A stretch of DNA of 64,000 nt. Origin: Eledone cirrhosa (taxonomy: Eukaryota). Where the stretch lies: assembly GCA_964016885.1 (NCBI GenBank), contig OZ024760.1, positions 31,744,001 to 31,808,000 on the forward strand. Reading direction: 5' to 3'. Shown piece after piece: positions 41,879 through 54,235 of this stretch (its first letter is position 1; each line of letters begins with the position of its first letter). The position numbers and the translations under genes are program-made. The notes below the pieces were generated by a model, which saw only the letters and a list, made by a program, of their open reading frames with translations, was not told the origin of the DNA and did no database searches.

Positions 41879-41929
41879 TTTTGTCTGATGAGGACGTACT
41901 GTTGTACATCCGAAATATGCATAATAAAA
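41879..41929 (+). ncRNA. Minimal hammerhead ribozyme motif
   Basis: TTTTGT-CTGATGA-GGACGTAC(TGTT)GTACATCC-GAAA-TATGCA-TA-ATAAAA. 6-bp stem I and 7/8 stem II. Confidence 0.75.
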
Positions 41930-42135
41930 TATATATATATCTTTTCCTGGGTCCTGTATTTTCGTTGCTCTGGTAATGCGGCTGGACTGCCGACCGCTAT
42001 ATCTGATTTGCTAAGCTGTCTGAACATAATGTTATACTCTGGGGTCTTTCCTCATCTGAGTGCTAAAGCTACAAACCGAATAAGCATACACGCTAGCTTG
42101 GCCGTATACTAGAGCTTCGTCTATGCTGTACTAAA

Positions 42136-42171
<36 letters not shown>

Positions 42172-42173
<2 letters not shown>

Positions 42174-42395
42174 ATCATCATCATTTCATCATCATTTCAT
42201 TTTATGTCCACTTTTCCCTGCTTGCAAGGGTGGGACGGGAACTGATTCTGGCTTGATTTCTACAGCTGGATGCCCTTCCTAACAGCAACCTCATTTACAG
42301 TGTGGGCTGGGTGCTTTTTTGCCGTGGCACCTCCACGACCACTTCACAGTGGAATGATAGGGACCCCAGTCCCTATCATCTCATTTCTACAGCTG
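42172..42395 (-). mobile_element. 3' part of family B SINE
   Basis: Highly similar to 25932-26145; truncated at (TA)n. Confidence 0.75.
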
Positions 42396-42460
42396 TATGT
42401 ATATATATATATTATATATATATGTATATATATATATATATTTATGTATATATATGTATA

Positions 42461-42548
<88 letters not shown>

Positions 42549-42558
42549 ACGGAAAATA

Positions 42559-42633
<75 letters not shown>

Positions 42634-42670
42634 GTATATATATATATATATTTATGTATATATATGTATA

Positions 42671-42750
<80 letters not shown>

Positions 42751-42787
42751 GTATATATATATATATATTTATGTATATATATGTATA

Positions 42788-42833
<46 letters not shown>

Positions 42834-43280
42834 CATATATATACATATGTATATGGAAAAAGTTGGGACATCATGAATGAGCTCTGGAACTATGTTGAAC
42901 CGGCAAGAGCTCAGCCATTGGGCTCTGGCTCTCTCTAATATAGTCACACTCTACTATCCCAAGTATTGAGTACTCTCTTAAATAATAGTCTAAATAGTTT
43001 AATACTGGTTTAATCCTTATATATATACACACTTACACATATATATATACACACTTACACACATATACACACATATATACACGCATACACATACATAAAC
43101 ACACATATATATATATATATATACACACTTACACATATATATACACACACATACACACATATACACACATATATACACGCATACACATACATAAACACAC
43201 ATATATATATATATATATATACACACATACACATGCATACACACACATATATACATACACACGCACATATATATATACAT

Positions 43281-43321
<41 letters not shown>

Positions 43322-43334
43322 CATACACATACAT

Positions 43335-43370
<36 letters not shown>

Positions 43371-43380
43371 ACACATACAT

Positions 43381-43415
<35 letters not shown>

Positions 43416-43876
43416 CATACAAACACACATATATATATACACACACACACATATATATATATACATACACACACACATATATATATATACACACACACAC
43501 ATATATATATACATACACACACACACATATATATATATATATACACACATATATATATCTTTACTAAATGGCCGTTAAACAATGATGATGATATTATTTA
43601 TTAGTTAATACAGAGTTTTTCTTTCATTCCCATTTCATCCTCTACCTCTTATATATGTATATATATATATGTGTGCGTGTGTGTGTGTATATATATATGT
43701 ATGTATATATATGTGTATATATATATATATATATATGTATCTATATATATGTGTATATATATGTGTATATATGTGTATGTATATGTATATATATGTATAT
43801 ATATCTGGGTGTATATATATATATATATATGTATGTATATATATATATGTATATGTGGGTGTATATATATATATAT
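42396..43876. repeat. Compound (TA)n/(CA)n/(TG)n microsatellite field with short unique inserts
   Basis: Direct reading; includes duplicated blocks of about 105 bp. Confidence 0.9.
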
Positions 43877-44076
43877 ATTTATTCAGGTTTGAGGTTCACC
43901 ACTGTATAGAGCTGGTCTATTCCGTATGGTCAATCGTAATGCAATAATATAGAGAGTACTCAACGTAAAGCAGTTCAACCGTCTTTGTTTTTGTAGTTGG
44001 TGGTGCTATTACGGAGTTAAATATTATAATGAAATGACAGGAGGCTGGATTTGTGTAAATCCTTGAAAGGTTTATT

Positions 44077-44134
44077 ATACTATGATCATTTCAATGACCG
44101 GGTTCCGTATGAATCCGGTGATATCATCAGGTAT
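44077..44134 (-). ncRNA. Minimal hammerhead motif in left inverted repeat (host sense strand)
   Basis: Exact reverse complement of 46348-46405. Confidence 0.62.
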
Positions 44135-46347
44135 TCGAAATATAATACGTGAATGTAATAGGTAAAATCCATGGGGCTGAAAATCGAGACCCGAGGGCGA
44201 CCGCTATTCTGTTCCTTCAACCTCAGCCGGTCGCCCTGGAGTGACGTGGCTAAATTTTATAGTATGCTACTACCGGTCAGATGAACGAAAACAGAAAGAG
44301 ATGGGAGCATAGGTTAACGTCGATCCCATGACACAAGGTAAAAGAAAGAAAGAAAGGAAGGAGAAGAAGGGGGAAGAAAGAAGAAGAGAAGTCAGGGTTA
44401 ATGTCAGCTAAAAGAGGAAGGTAACTACTACTGGTCAGATATAGGCAAGCAGGAGGGGGAAGGAAGATAAGTCTGCTGGAGGAGGAGAGGAGAGAAGGAA
44501 GGGAAGAGAGAAGTAGAAAAGTAAGGGTTGATGGCTACAAGAAGTAAGATAGAAAGGAAGAGGAAGAAAGGTCGATATTAATGTCAGACCACAGTCAAGC
44601 CAGGAGTGGCGCGAGAAAATTTTCACAGGGACCCGCATCTTAGCGGAGATGAATATATTGGGAGTCAGTGTTTTACAGTGTTTAGACTTCTAGGATGAAG
44701 TTAAAAAAATTTAATAATCAATATTCAATATTAAAGAGGTTAGAAAATTTAAAGTTCAACAGTTTAACAATTAATTATATAATAGTTCCGATTTGTTCTG
44801 TAATTTAAAGGTACTATTTGGCGGTTAAAACAACGGCTGCGCCCCGGGCCCCATGGCGAATTAAGCCACGCCGAGTATTTTCATTTACTGAAAGAAGGGG
44901 AAATTTATTTTTCCAAGCACTCCAGGTGAGCTCGTTCGCCAGGGAGCTGGTCGCGCCGCCATTAAAACCCACCCAACAGTCCGACAGAAAGTTGGAACTT
45001 TAAAATTTAGCTTAGAGAAGTAAAAGAGTAATGGTTGATAGCTACAAGAAGGAAGATAGAAAGAGAGAGGAAGGAAGGTCGATATTAATGTCACACCACA
45101 GTCGGGCCAGGAGTGGCGCGACAAAATTTTCACAGGGACTCGCATCTTAGCAGAGGTGAATATAATGGGGGTCAGTGTGTTACAATGTTTAGACTTATAG
45201 GATGAAGTTAATAAATTAATAATCAATATTCCATATTAAAGAGGTTAGAAAATTTAAAGCTCAACAGTTTCAGGTTGATATATATAATAGTTCCGATTTG
45301 TTCTGTAATTTAAAGGTACTATTTGGCGGTTAAAACACCGGCCGCGCCCCGGGCCCCATGGCTAATTAAGCCACGCCGAGTATTTTCATTTACTGAAAGA
45401 AGGGGAATTTATTTTTCCAAGCACTCCAGGTGAGCCCGTTCGCCAGGGAGCTGGTCGCGCCGCCGCTAAAACCCACCGAACGGTCCGACAGAAAGTTGGA
45501 ACTTTAGAATTTTGCTTAACTCTAACGGATGAAGTTGAAAGAATTCAGAATAACATTATGAAACTAAGGAGTAAGAGGATTGAGAATTGAACAAACAGAA
45601 AATTGAAGATTAGACATTCAAATAACTTCTATGAGGTTTTGGGTTGCGGGGTTTAATTAAATAGTCTTTTATGAAGAAACGTTAATTGTATTATGTAGAT
45701 CTGTAATTTATCCTAGTGGGATGTAGAGTACGGGATATAGTCGTGTAATGTTTAATTTTTGTTCTCAGGAGGAGACATTCTAGTGTTGTGTGCTAATGGG
45801 TACAGGTCCCAATGTGAGGAGTAGAAATACATGGATACATAGAAGTGGAATACGTGGAAGAGCTAATGGGTACAGGTCCCAATGTGAGGGGTAGAAATAC
45901 ATGGATACATAGAAGTGGAATACGTGGAATAGCACATTGGTACAGCAGAGGTATAAATATATAAACATATCAATATATAGGTATAAACATGTAAATAAAC
46001 CAACAAGAGTGGTGTTGGAGTAAGATGGAGAAATCAGGACATTAATACAGCAAACAAAGATGTGAAGATATAGATAAACAAACAATAGTCGTTGTCTAGT
46101 AAATGTAGAGTTCAAGAGACAGGAGAAATACAATATAGTTCAGGTTGCGGTATTTATGTTCCCAGGGGGAAATATTCCAGTGACGTGTGCTGAGGGTACA
46201 CGCGAGTAAAAGTCCGAATAAGGGAAGTAGAAAGTACATGGATGTATAGAGGTAGAATACGTGGAGGAGCATTAATACAGCAAATAAAGATGTAAAGATT
46301 TTCAGCCCCATGGATTTTACCTATTACATTCACGTATTATATTTCGA

Positions 46348-46405
46348 ATACCTGATGATATCACCGGATTCATACGGAACCCGGTCATTGAAATGATCAT
46401 AGTAT
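46348..46405 (+). ncRNA. Minimal hammerhead motif in right inverted repeat
   Basis: ATAC-CTGATGA-[ACCGG...CCGGT stem]-GAAA-TGATCA-TA-GTAT. Palindromic stem III ATGATCAT; base of stem II is imperfect. Confidence 0.62.
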
Positions 46406-46465
46406 AATAAACCTTTCAAGGATTTACACAAATCCAGCCTCCTGTCATTTCATTATATATATATT

Positions 46466-46524
<59 letters not shown>

Positions 46525-46654
46525 GTATATATATGTGGGTATATATATATATTTTATGTATATATATATATATGTATATATATGTATATATATGTGGGTG
46601 TATATATATATATATGTATGTATATATGTATATATATGTACATATATGTGGGTG

Positions 46655-46692
<38 letters not shown>

Positions 46693-46699
46693 TAGTATG

Positions 46700-47921
46700 T
46701 ATAAGACTAAAGTTCTAGTTTGTAAGAAAGAAAATAAGGCGGCGGTCCCTTCCGGGAAATGGCCATGCTCAGTGTGTAGGAAAGGAGTAGGCAGAAACTC
46801 CATTTTATGTCCCAAATGCAAAGTATGGGTGCATAAAAGATGTAGTGGGATCACAGGTAAGCTAACTAAGAACATAGATTTTACATGTGGCCGGTGCTCT
46901 GGTGCAATAAGTAGCAGCATGTGCCCACTAAATACTAGCTCCTTCAACTGCGCAGAGGGTTCTATAGAAATAGTCGACAGCTTCCGTTACCTGGGTGACA
47001 AAATCAGCAGTGGTGGAGGGTGCTCCGAAAGTACAGTAGCTAGAGTCAGAACTGGATGGAAAAAGTTCAGAGAGCTTATACCACTATTAGCCGCTAAAGG
47101 GTTCTCCCTAAAAATGAAAGGCAGGTTGTATGATGCCTGCATACGAACAGCAATGTTGCATGGCAGTGAGACCTGGGCATTGTGTGCAGAGGATATATGC
47201 AGACTAGAGAGGAACGAAGCTTGCATGCTCCGCTGGATGTGTAATAGTAATATACGTGAACGGCAAAGCATAAACGAACTAAGGAAAAAATTAGAAATAA
47301 GAGGGATCAGATGTTGTTTACTTGAGAGAAGGCTACGTTGGTATGGTCACGTGATGCGCATGAAAGACGACAGCTGTATAACAAAGTGCAGGGCAATAAA
47401 GATAGATGGTAGCCACGGAGTAGGCAGACCCAGAAAAACCTGGGACGAGCTGATAAATTCCGACCTCACACACTTACACCTCTCCAAGACAATGTCACTG
47501 GACCGAGACCTATGGCGGTACTCAGTAATAGAGAAGACCCGCCTTACCTAAATACAAAGTAAAACCTACTACAGTCAGTAGGCATCTCAAACAAAATACA
47601 CCCCCGTCCCACCACCCCCACCCCATCCACACCGCCCCTTTCAATGTAAAGTTATGTTGGTGTCACAACATCCAGGCCGAAACAAATGAGATCGTGTAGG
47701 TGTCATGACAAAAAAACACACAGTCCACGCTGTAATGTGGCCGTGTAGGCAACACGGTAAAAACCTCCCAGCCCCACACTGTAAATGTGGTTGGTGTTAG
47801 GAAGGGCATCCAGCTGTAGAAAACCCGCCAGACAGTCCTATGCGGGCAAGACAATCACTCTTGCCTCAAGTGGGAAAACCCCCGTCCAAACCCATGCAAG
47901 CGTGGAACATGGACGTTAAAC

Positions 47922-47950
<29 letters not shown>
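46700..47950 (+). mobile_element. 5'-truncated RTE LINE (same family as 27535-28930), complete 3' end
   Basis: KTKVLV...[15 protein letters not shown]...RRLRWYGHV...GVGRPRKTW, stop at 47551, 3' UTR and (GAT)n tail. Confidence 0.9.
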
Positions 47951-47952
<2 letters not shown>

Positions 47953-48145
47953 TATATATATGTGGGTGTATATATATATATATGTATGTATATATATATA
48001 TGTATATATATGTATATATATGTGGGTATATATATATATATATGTATGTATATATACATATGTATATATATGTATATATATGTGGGTGTATATATATATA
48101 TATGTATGTATATGTATATATGTATATATATGTATATATATGTGG

Positions 48146-48241
<96 letters not shown>

Positions 48242-48519
48242 GTATATATATGTATATATATGTATATATATGTGGGTGTATATATATATATATCCACCCT
48301 CTGCACAGCTACCCCCCCCCCCCCATCTCTGCTATTTCCTTTCCCAAGAAATAACAATTTATCTGTTGTAACTTCTTTCAAAGAAGTTGTTGTATGCAAC
48401 GTTATCATTTGTTGTTGTTGTTGTTGTTTTAGGGGGATGGAATGGTTGGGGGTGGTTAGGAGAAGGGAGAGGGGGAGTTAAGGCAAGTGATTACAGGACT
48501 TGCTTGTTGTCCTCTTCAC

Positions 48520-48835
48520 TTACCCACCACCAACAACTTCCCTACCCACCACATAGCCCCAACCAACTGTACCACCACCACAACCACCTCCACCACCACA
48601 ACCATAACCCTTCATCTTTATTACTAAATCGGTACCTCTATCACCATCACCACCCATACCACCACCATCATTACCTCCACCGCCATCACCACCTCCACCA
48701 CCGTCACCTCCACCGCCCCTACCACCTCCACCACCATTATCACCTCCACCTCCACCTCCACCACCATCACCACCTCCACCACCATCACCATCATCACCTC
48801 CACCCCCACCACCATCACCACCCCATACCTCCACA
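48520..48835. repeat. Degenerate (ACC)n trinucleotide tract
   Basis: Direct reading. Confidence 0.85.
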
Positions 48836-48997
48836 AACACCCGGAAGGACAGAAAGCACACAAGGGAACCTCTATGTGTTAGTTCAACTTACTAGAAATA
48901 ACAGCTAAGAAAGTTATGTTTAAAGATGGAGGGGGGGGGGGGGGTAAAATGAAAGCAAAAGAGTTAGTGGAGCTTCTAAGGGAAAATGAGAACTAAC

Positions 48998-49078
48998 CTT
49001 TTGAGAAGCCTGTGGCCTGCATACACTTGAGTTCTTCCCATTGTTTCATCTTTTTTGTAAAGTCATCTGTCATTCCGC
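48998..49078 (-). CDS. Host gene exon 2 (GGMTDDFTKKMKQWEELKCMQATGFSK)
   Basis: Acceptor cttttgtcttag, donor AAAAG|gttagt. 81 bp, phase 1-1. Peptide matches the motif repeated in exon 4. Confidence 0.85.
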
Positions 49079-49279
49079 CTAAGACAAAAGTAGATCGTTT
49101 TTAAAATATGTAAAAATAAAAATCCGAAAAAATAAATAACCTAATTTGAAAAGAAATTCAAAAGAAATTTGAGAAACGAAATAAAATATATGCTCCTTTA
49201 AATGTCAACAAAATTGAGAGAATTTGCAGAAAATTTTGAAACAGAAATGGAGAAAGAATTTTGAATGTGAGGATAAATT

Positions 49280-49800
49280 TGTTAAAACCAGAAATATTGG
49301 CTGTAAAAACATTTTACAGATTCTAAAGAGACTAGACACCAGAAATATTTGCAGCAGTTCCCATGATTTTAAGTCTGTTAACACATGTTACAGATGTTAA
49401 TGTTTTAGGAAGAGACCAGACATTCTGACAAAAGTCTGTTAAAACCAGACATTTGCTGCTGTTTTCCATGACTCTGAGTCTGTAAAAACTTGTTACAGAT
49501 GTAAATGTTTTAAAGAGACCAGATACCACAAATATTTGCAGTAGTTTTATATAATTCCAGATCTGTAAAAACATGTTACAGATGTTAATGTTTTAGAAAC
49601 AGACCTGACATTCTGACAAGATTCTGTTAAAACCACAGATATTTGCAGCAGTTACCCATAATTTTAAGTCTGTAAAAACATGTTGCAGATGTTAATGTTT
49701 TAGGAACAGACCAGACAGTCTGACAAGAGTCAGTGTTAAAACGCAAATATTTGCAGCAGTTCCCATGACTCTGAGTCTGTAAAAATATGTTACAGGTGTA
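49280..49800. repeat. Diverged tandem repeat, units of about 80-110 bp
   Basis: ATATTTGCAGCAGTTCCCATGA...TCTGTAAAAACATGTTACAGATGTTAATGTTTT recurs about five times. Confidence 0.8.
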
Positions 49801-49806
49801 AATTAT

Positions 49807-50255
49807 TTAACTCTTTAATATTTACATTACTCTATATGTACTATTACATTTTCACAGTAAAGGCTTTACTTCACATAATTATCTCACATAATATCGAATC
49901 TATGAGATTTTGATATTATTTATTTTGAGAACAATACTTTAACATCAGTATGAGTGGCCGGTTACAGCTGGTTTTAACAGAAAGAGGTGAGAGAATTCTG
50001 TCCAGTTACGGCTGGTTTGAACAGAAAGAGGTGGGAGAATTCTGTCCAGTTACGGCCAGTTTAAACAGAAAGAGGTGAGAGAATTCTGGCCTGATACGGC
50101 CGGTTTGAACAGAAAGAGGTGGGAGAATTCTGGCCAGTTATGGCCGGTTTGAACAGAAAAAGGTGAGAGAATCCTGGCCAGTTACGGCTAGTTTGAACAG
50201 TAAGAGGTGAGAGAATTCTGGCCGGATACGACCAGTTTAAATGGTAAAGGGTTAA
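49807..50255. mobile_element. piggyBac-like MITE with internal 44-bp tandem expansion (about 6-7 copies)
   Basis: Ends TTAACTCTTTA and TAAAGGGTTAA. Inverted homolog of 51323-51815. Confidence 0.62.
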
Positions 50256-51322
50256 AAAGACCAGATAGTCTCACATGAGCAAATATTTAGTTTCAGTTGT
50301 GATGGTGCCTTATAATTGAGAGTTCAATTTCCTTCTATGTTTGGTTGTAAATCTTCTCTCGTACGTATTAAACGATGTAACAACAGGTTGTGATGGTATT
50401 ATATAAATAAGAGTTCAATTTTCCCCTATGTTAAGTTGTGAATCTTCTCTTGTAAACATTAAACATTTGCCAATGATGATGTAACATCAGGTTGTTGGCC
50501 TGCCAAAGTTTCGAGGGTTTAAATCCCTGGTATATATTGCTTTCATAAATCCCAGACACCTTTTTCAGGCAACCACTGTCACCTTAATCGTTTCATGGCC
50601 ACATTTTAATTAATTAATGAAGAATTTTGAGGGATTTACTAAAATTATCAATTATTTTGTTACTAAGACAGTAAATTAATGTAAGGTTTTTGTATAACAT
50701 TATGTTGGAAGATTTTAATCTAAATTGGAAACCTTTAAAATGGGTGACTTTATTTTATAGAACCAGTTTCTGCTGGATTGGTAACTAAAGGGTTAAATGG
50801 TATTGATACCATAACTTGCATCTATTATTATTCCATTCACACTTAAAATCAATTATTAGTTATAAGAATATTAAATTGACACCCCTGAGTACATTACTGG
50901 TATCTCATCTTATCAACCACGCAAGAATGAAACAGCAGACCTGACTTTGGTGGGACTTAAACTCAGAATTTAACAATTAAAATTAAAACAATTTATAATT
51001 AAAAACTAAAAACAACTGTAAAGTAAGAAGAAGGCAAAGAAGGTGAAGAAAAAATATAAACAGTGAGATGAAAATGAAGAATTTAGTAAAACTGTTAACA
51101 ACAACAACAACAACAGCAATCCATGAGATGTGGTACCTTTGTCCTAACTGTCTTGCTGACTTTCTAAAGGTCAAGTGTACTGTCTTTCCCCCACTTTTGA
51201 TTAAGGTATATAAAATGGGGGTGTGGAAGATCTGTTAGAACTGTTTTCAATTCCTTCAGAAATATTCTTAGTAAAGGCATAAATGTCACAACTTCCAGTA
51301 TAAGGTTAATAATTTCTCTGAC

Positions 51323-51815
51323 TTAACCCTTTAGCTTTTAAACTGGTCATATCTGGCCAGAATTCTCTCACCTTTTCCTGTTTCAAGTGGCCATAACTGG
51401 CTACTTATACTGATGTCTCAAAATAAATAACATCGAAATCTCAGATTCGATATTTTGTGAGATAATTATGTGAGGTAAAACCTTTACTGTGAAAATACAA
51501 TAGTAAATATAGAGTAATGTAAGTGTTATGAGAGATATTATGTGAGGTAAAGACTTTACTGTGAAAATACAATAGTAAATATAGAGTAATGTAAGTGTTA
51601 TGAGAGATATTATGTGAGGTAAAGACTTTACCATGAAAATACAATAGTAAATATAGAGTAATGTAAATGTTATGAGAGATATTATGTGAGGTAAAGACTT
51701 TACCGTGAAAATACAATAGTATATATAGAGTAATGTAAATGTTATGTGAGATATGTGAGGTAAAGCCTTTACTGTGAAAATACAATAGTAAATATAGAGT
51801 AATGTAAATGTTAAA
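51323..51815. mobile_element. piggyBac-like MITE (inverted relative to 49807-50255) with internal 72-bp tandem expansion (about 5 copies)
   Basis: Begins TTAACCCTTTAG. ATTATGTGAGGTAAA recurs at 51465, 51537, 51609 and 51681. Confidence 0.62.
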
Positions 51816-52371
51816 GGAGTTGAATTAAGGGGATAGGACTGTTTGGTGTTGAGACTTTTCTGAGTTCAAATCCTATGAGGGGTTTATATCTTACGATATT
51901 TTAATAATCTGCCAGTATTATATTAAGGGTTCAATTCTGCCTCAATTCTCCATGTAACCCCTACCAGGAGTTACAAAGCACCGCCTTTTACTGCTTGTTT
52001 GCAGGTATGACATAGTAAATGGCTGTTAAACCCCAGATTGGGTGTTGCTGCTGAAATCAAAACAGACTTGCTTGTCTAAAGCAAGAGAGAGAGAGAGAGA
52101 AGAAGGAACTCTCCTTTAGTGTTTGGTGACATCTTCTGGTCAAAACCTTTCTAGAGAAGTTGGAGTTCCAAGGATAGAAAGGGTTGTATCTAATTTGGAA
52201 CATTGTTATCTCTGATTGAGATGGAGAATAGATTTGAATTGATAGAAAAATGAGAAAACTCATCGCGAGAACAGCTGTTAGAACAGCCAAATGTTGTCAA
52301 TGGTAACAACAGGTAGAAATACCTGAGAGGACAGAGGCCAATGGCTAGTGGTCAGTAGAGAGATAATTAGG

Positions 52372-53087
52372 AGGTCTATATTGGGAGTCTATATTGAGGG
52401 CCTATGTTGGGGGTCTATATTAAGGGTCTATATTGAGGGCCTATATTGGGGGTCTATATTAAGGGTCTATATTGAGGGCCTATGTTAGTGGTCTATATTA
52501 AGGGTCTATATTGAGGGCCTATATTGGGCGTCTATATTAAGGGTCTATATTGAGGGCTTATGTTGGGGGTCTATATTAAGGGTCTATATTGAGGGCCTAT
52601 GTTAGGGGTCTATATTAAGGGTCTATATTGAGGGCCTATGTTGGGGGTCTATATTAAGGGTCTATATTGAGGGCCTATGTTGGGGGTCTATATTAAGAGT
52701 CTATATTGATTGAAGGCCTATGTTAGGGGTCTATATTAAGGGTCTATATTGAGGGCCTATATTGGGGGTCTATATTAAGGGTCTATATTGAGGGCCTATG
52801 TTGGGAGTCTATATTAAGGGTCTATATTGAGGGCCTATGTTGGGGGTCTATATTAAGGGTCTATATTGAGGGCCTATGTTGGGGGTCTATATTAAGGGTC
52901 TATATTGAGGGCCTATGTTGGGGGGTCTATATTAAGGGTCTATATTGAGGGCCTATGTTGGCAGTCTATATTAAGGGCCTATGTTGAGGGCCTATTTTGG
53001 GGGTCTATATTAAGGGTCTATATTGAGGGCCCATGTTGGGGGTCTATATTAAGGGCCTATGTTGAGGGCCTATATTGATAGTCTATG
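52372..53087. repeat. 13-bp minisatellite organised as a 39-bp trimer
   Basis: GGTCTATATTAAG-GGTCTATATTGAG-GGCCTATGTTGGG repeated about 17-18 times. Confidence 0.93.
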
Positions 53088-53199
53088 TTTTAGAGGGAGC
53101 TGAAAGGCAAAGAAACAGAATTTGGTCCTCCGTTACTTTGACAACTTACACAAATTAAGAACAGATTATGAGACCCCCCCCCCCCCCACCACCTTACCC

Positions 53200-54082
53200 A
53201 TGTTGCTGTTGTTGTTACTGATGATAGTGATGTTGTTGTTGTTGTTACTGATGATAGTGCTGATGGTGGTAATGGAGATAGTGCTGATGGTGGTGGTGGA
53301 TATGTTGATGGTGGTGGTGGTGGATATGTTGATGGTGGTGGTGGTGGATATGTTGATGGTGGTGGTGGTGGATATGTTGACGGTGGTGGTGGTGGTGGTA
53401 GTGTTGATGGTGGTGGTGGTGGTGGATATGTTGATGGTGGTGGTGGTGGATATGTTGACGGTGGTGGTGGTGGTGGACATGTTGATGGTGGCAGTGTTGA
53501 TGGTGGTGGTGGTGGCAGTGTTGATGGTGGTGCTGGTGGTAGTGTTGATGGTGGTGCTGGTGGTAGTGTTGATGGTGGTGGTGGTGGACATGTTGATGGT
53601 GGTGGTGGTGGTGGTGGACATGTTGATGGTGGTGGTGGTGGTAGTGTTGATGGTGGTGCTGGTGGTAGTGTTGATGGTGGTGGTGGTGGACATGTTGATG
53701 GTGGTGGACATGTTGATGGTGGTGGTGGTGGTAGTGTTGATGGTGGTGGTGGTGGTAGTGTTGATGGTGGTGGTGGTGGTGGTGGACATGTTGATGGTGG
53801 TGGTGGTGGTAGTGTTGATGGTGGTGCTGGTGATAGTGTTGATGGTGGTGCTGGTGGTAGTGTTGATGGTGGTGATGGTGGACATGTTGATGGTGGTGGA
53901 CATGTTGATGGTGGTGGACATGTTGATGGTGGTGGACATGTTGATGGTGGTGGTGGTGGTAGTGTTGATGGTGGTGCTGGTGGTAGTGTTGATGGTGGTG
54001 CTGGTGGTAGTATTGATGGTGGTGGTGGTGGACATGTTGATGGTGGTGGTGGTGGTAGTGTTGATGGTGGTGGTGGTGGTAA
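53200..54082. repeat. GGT-based compound trinucleotide repeat (possible Pro-rich exon on minus strand)
   Basis: Units such as GGTGGTGGACATGTTGAT and GGTAGTGTTGAT; open in several frames. Confidence 0.9.
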
Positions 54083-54235
54083 TAGAGAATTGAAACTGCT
54101 GAAATCTGTGTTGCTAGAGCCTTTATCAGAGGCTGACCCTGGAAGACAACCCAGCAATGTGAGTTGTTGACATACTTGAACACCCTCACCTCTAATAGTG
54201 CTCCCACTGTCTACTACAGTGAGCTATTCCACTCA

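Larger units (their letters stand above)
43877..46457 (-). mobile_element. Non-autonomous Penelope-like or retrozyme-like element with perfect 161-bp inverted ends carrying hammerhead motifs
   Basis: 44025-44185 is the exact reverse complement of 46297-46457. Hammerheads at 44077-44134 (-) and 46348-46405 (+). Unpaired tail 43877-44024, internal dimer of about 505 bp, no recognisable RT ORF, (TA)n flanks. Confidence 0.72.

Noticed and set aside
42270-43947. Long Tyr/Ile/Cys/Val-rich ORFs (also 31.8-32.3 kb, 37.2-37.5 kb, 46.5-46.7 kb and 47.9-48.4 kb)
   Set aside because: Translations of (TA)n, (TG)n and (CA)n microsatellites.
51130-51320. Possible extra host exon ending at AAAG|GTACC near 51136
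   Set aside because: The two frames I traced contain stops and I found no convincing acceptor.
53122-54207. Poly-Val, poly-Thr and poly-His ORFs overlapping the GGT repeat
   Set aside because: Alternative frames of a triplet repeat with no matching splice or start context. Only the Pro-rich frame has a phase-compatible acceptor, and it is listed as tentative.
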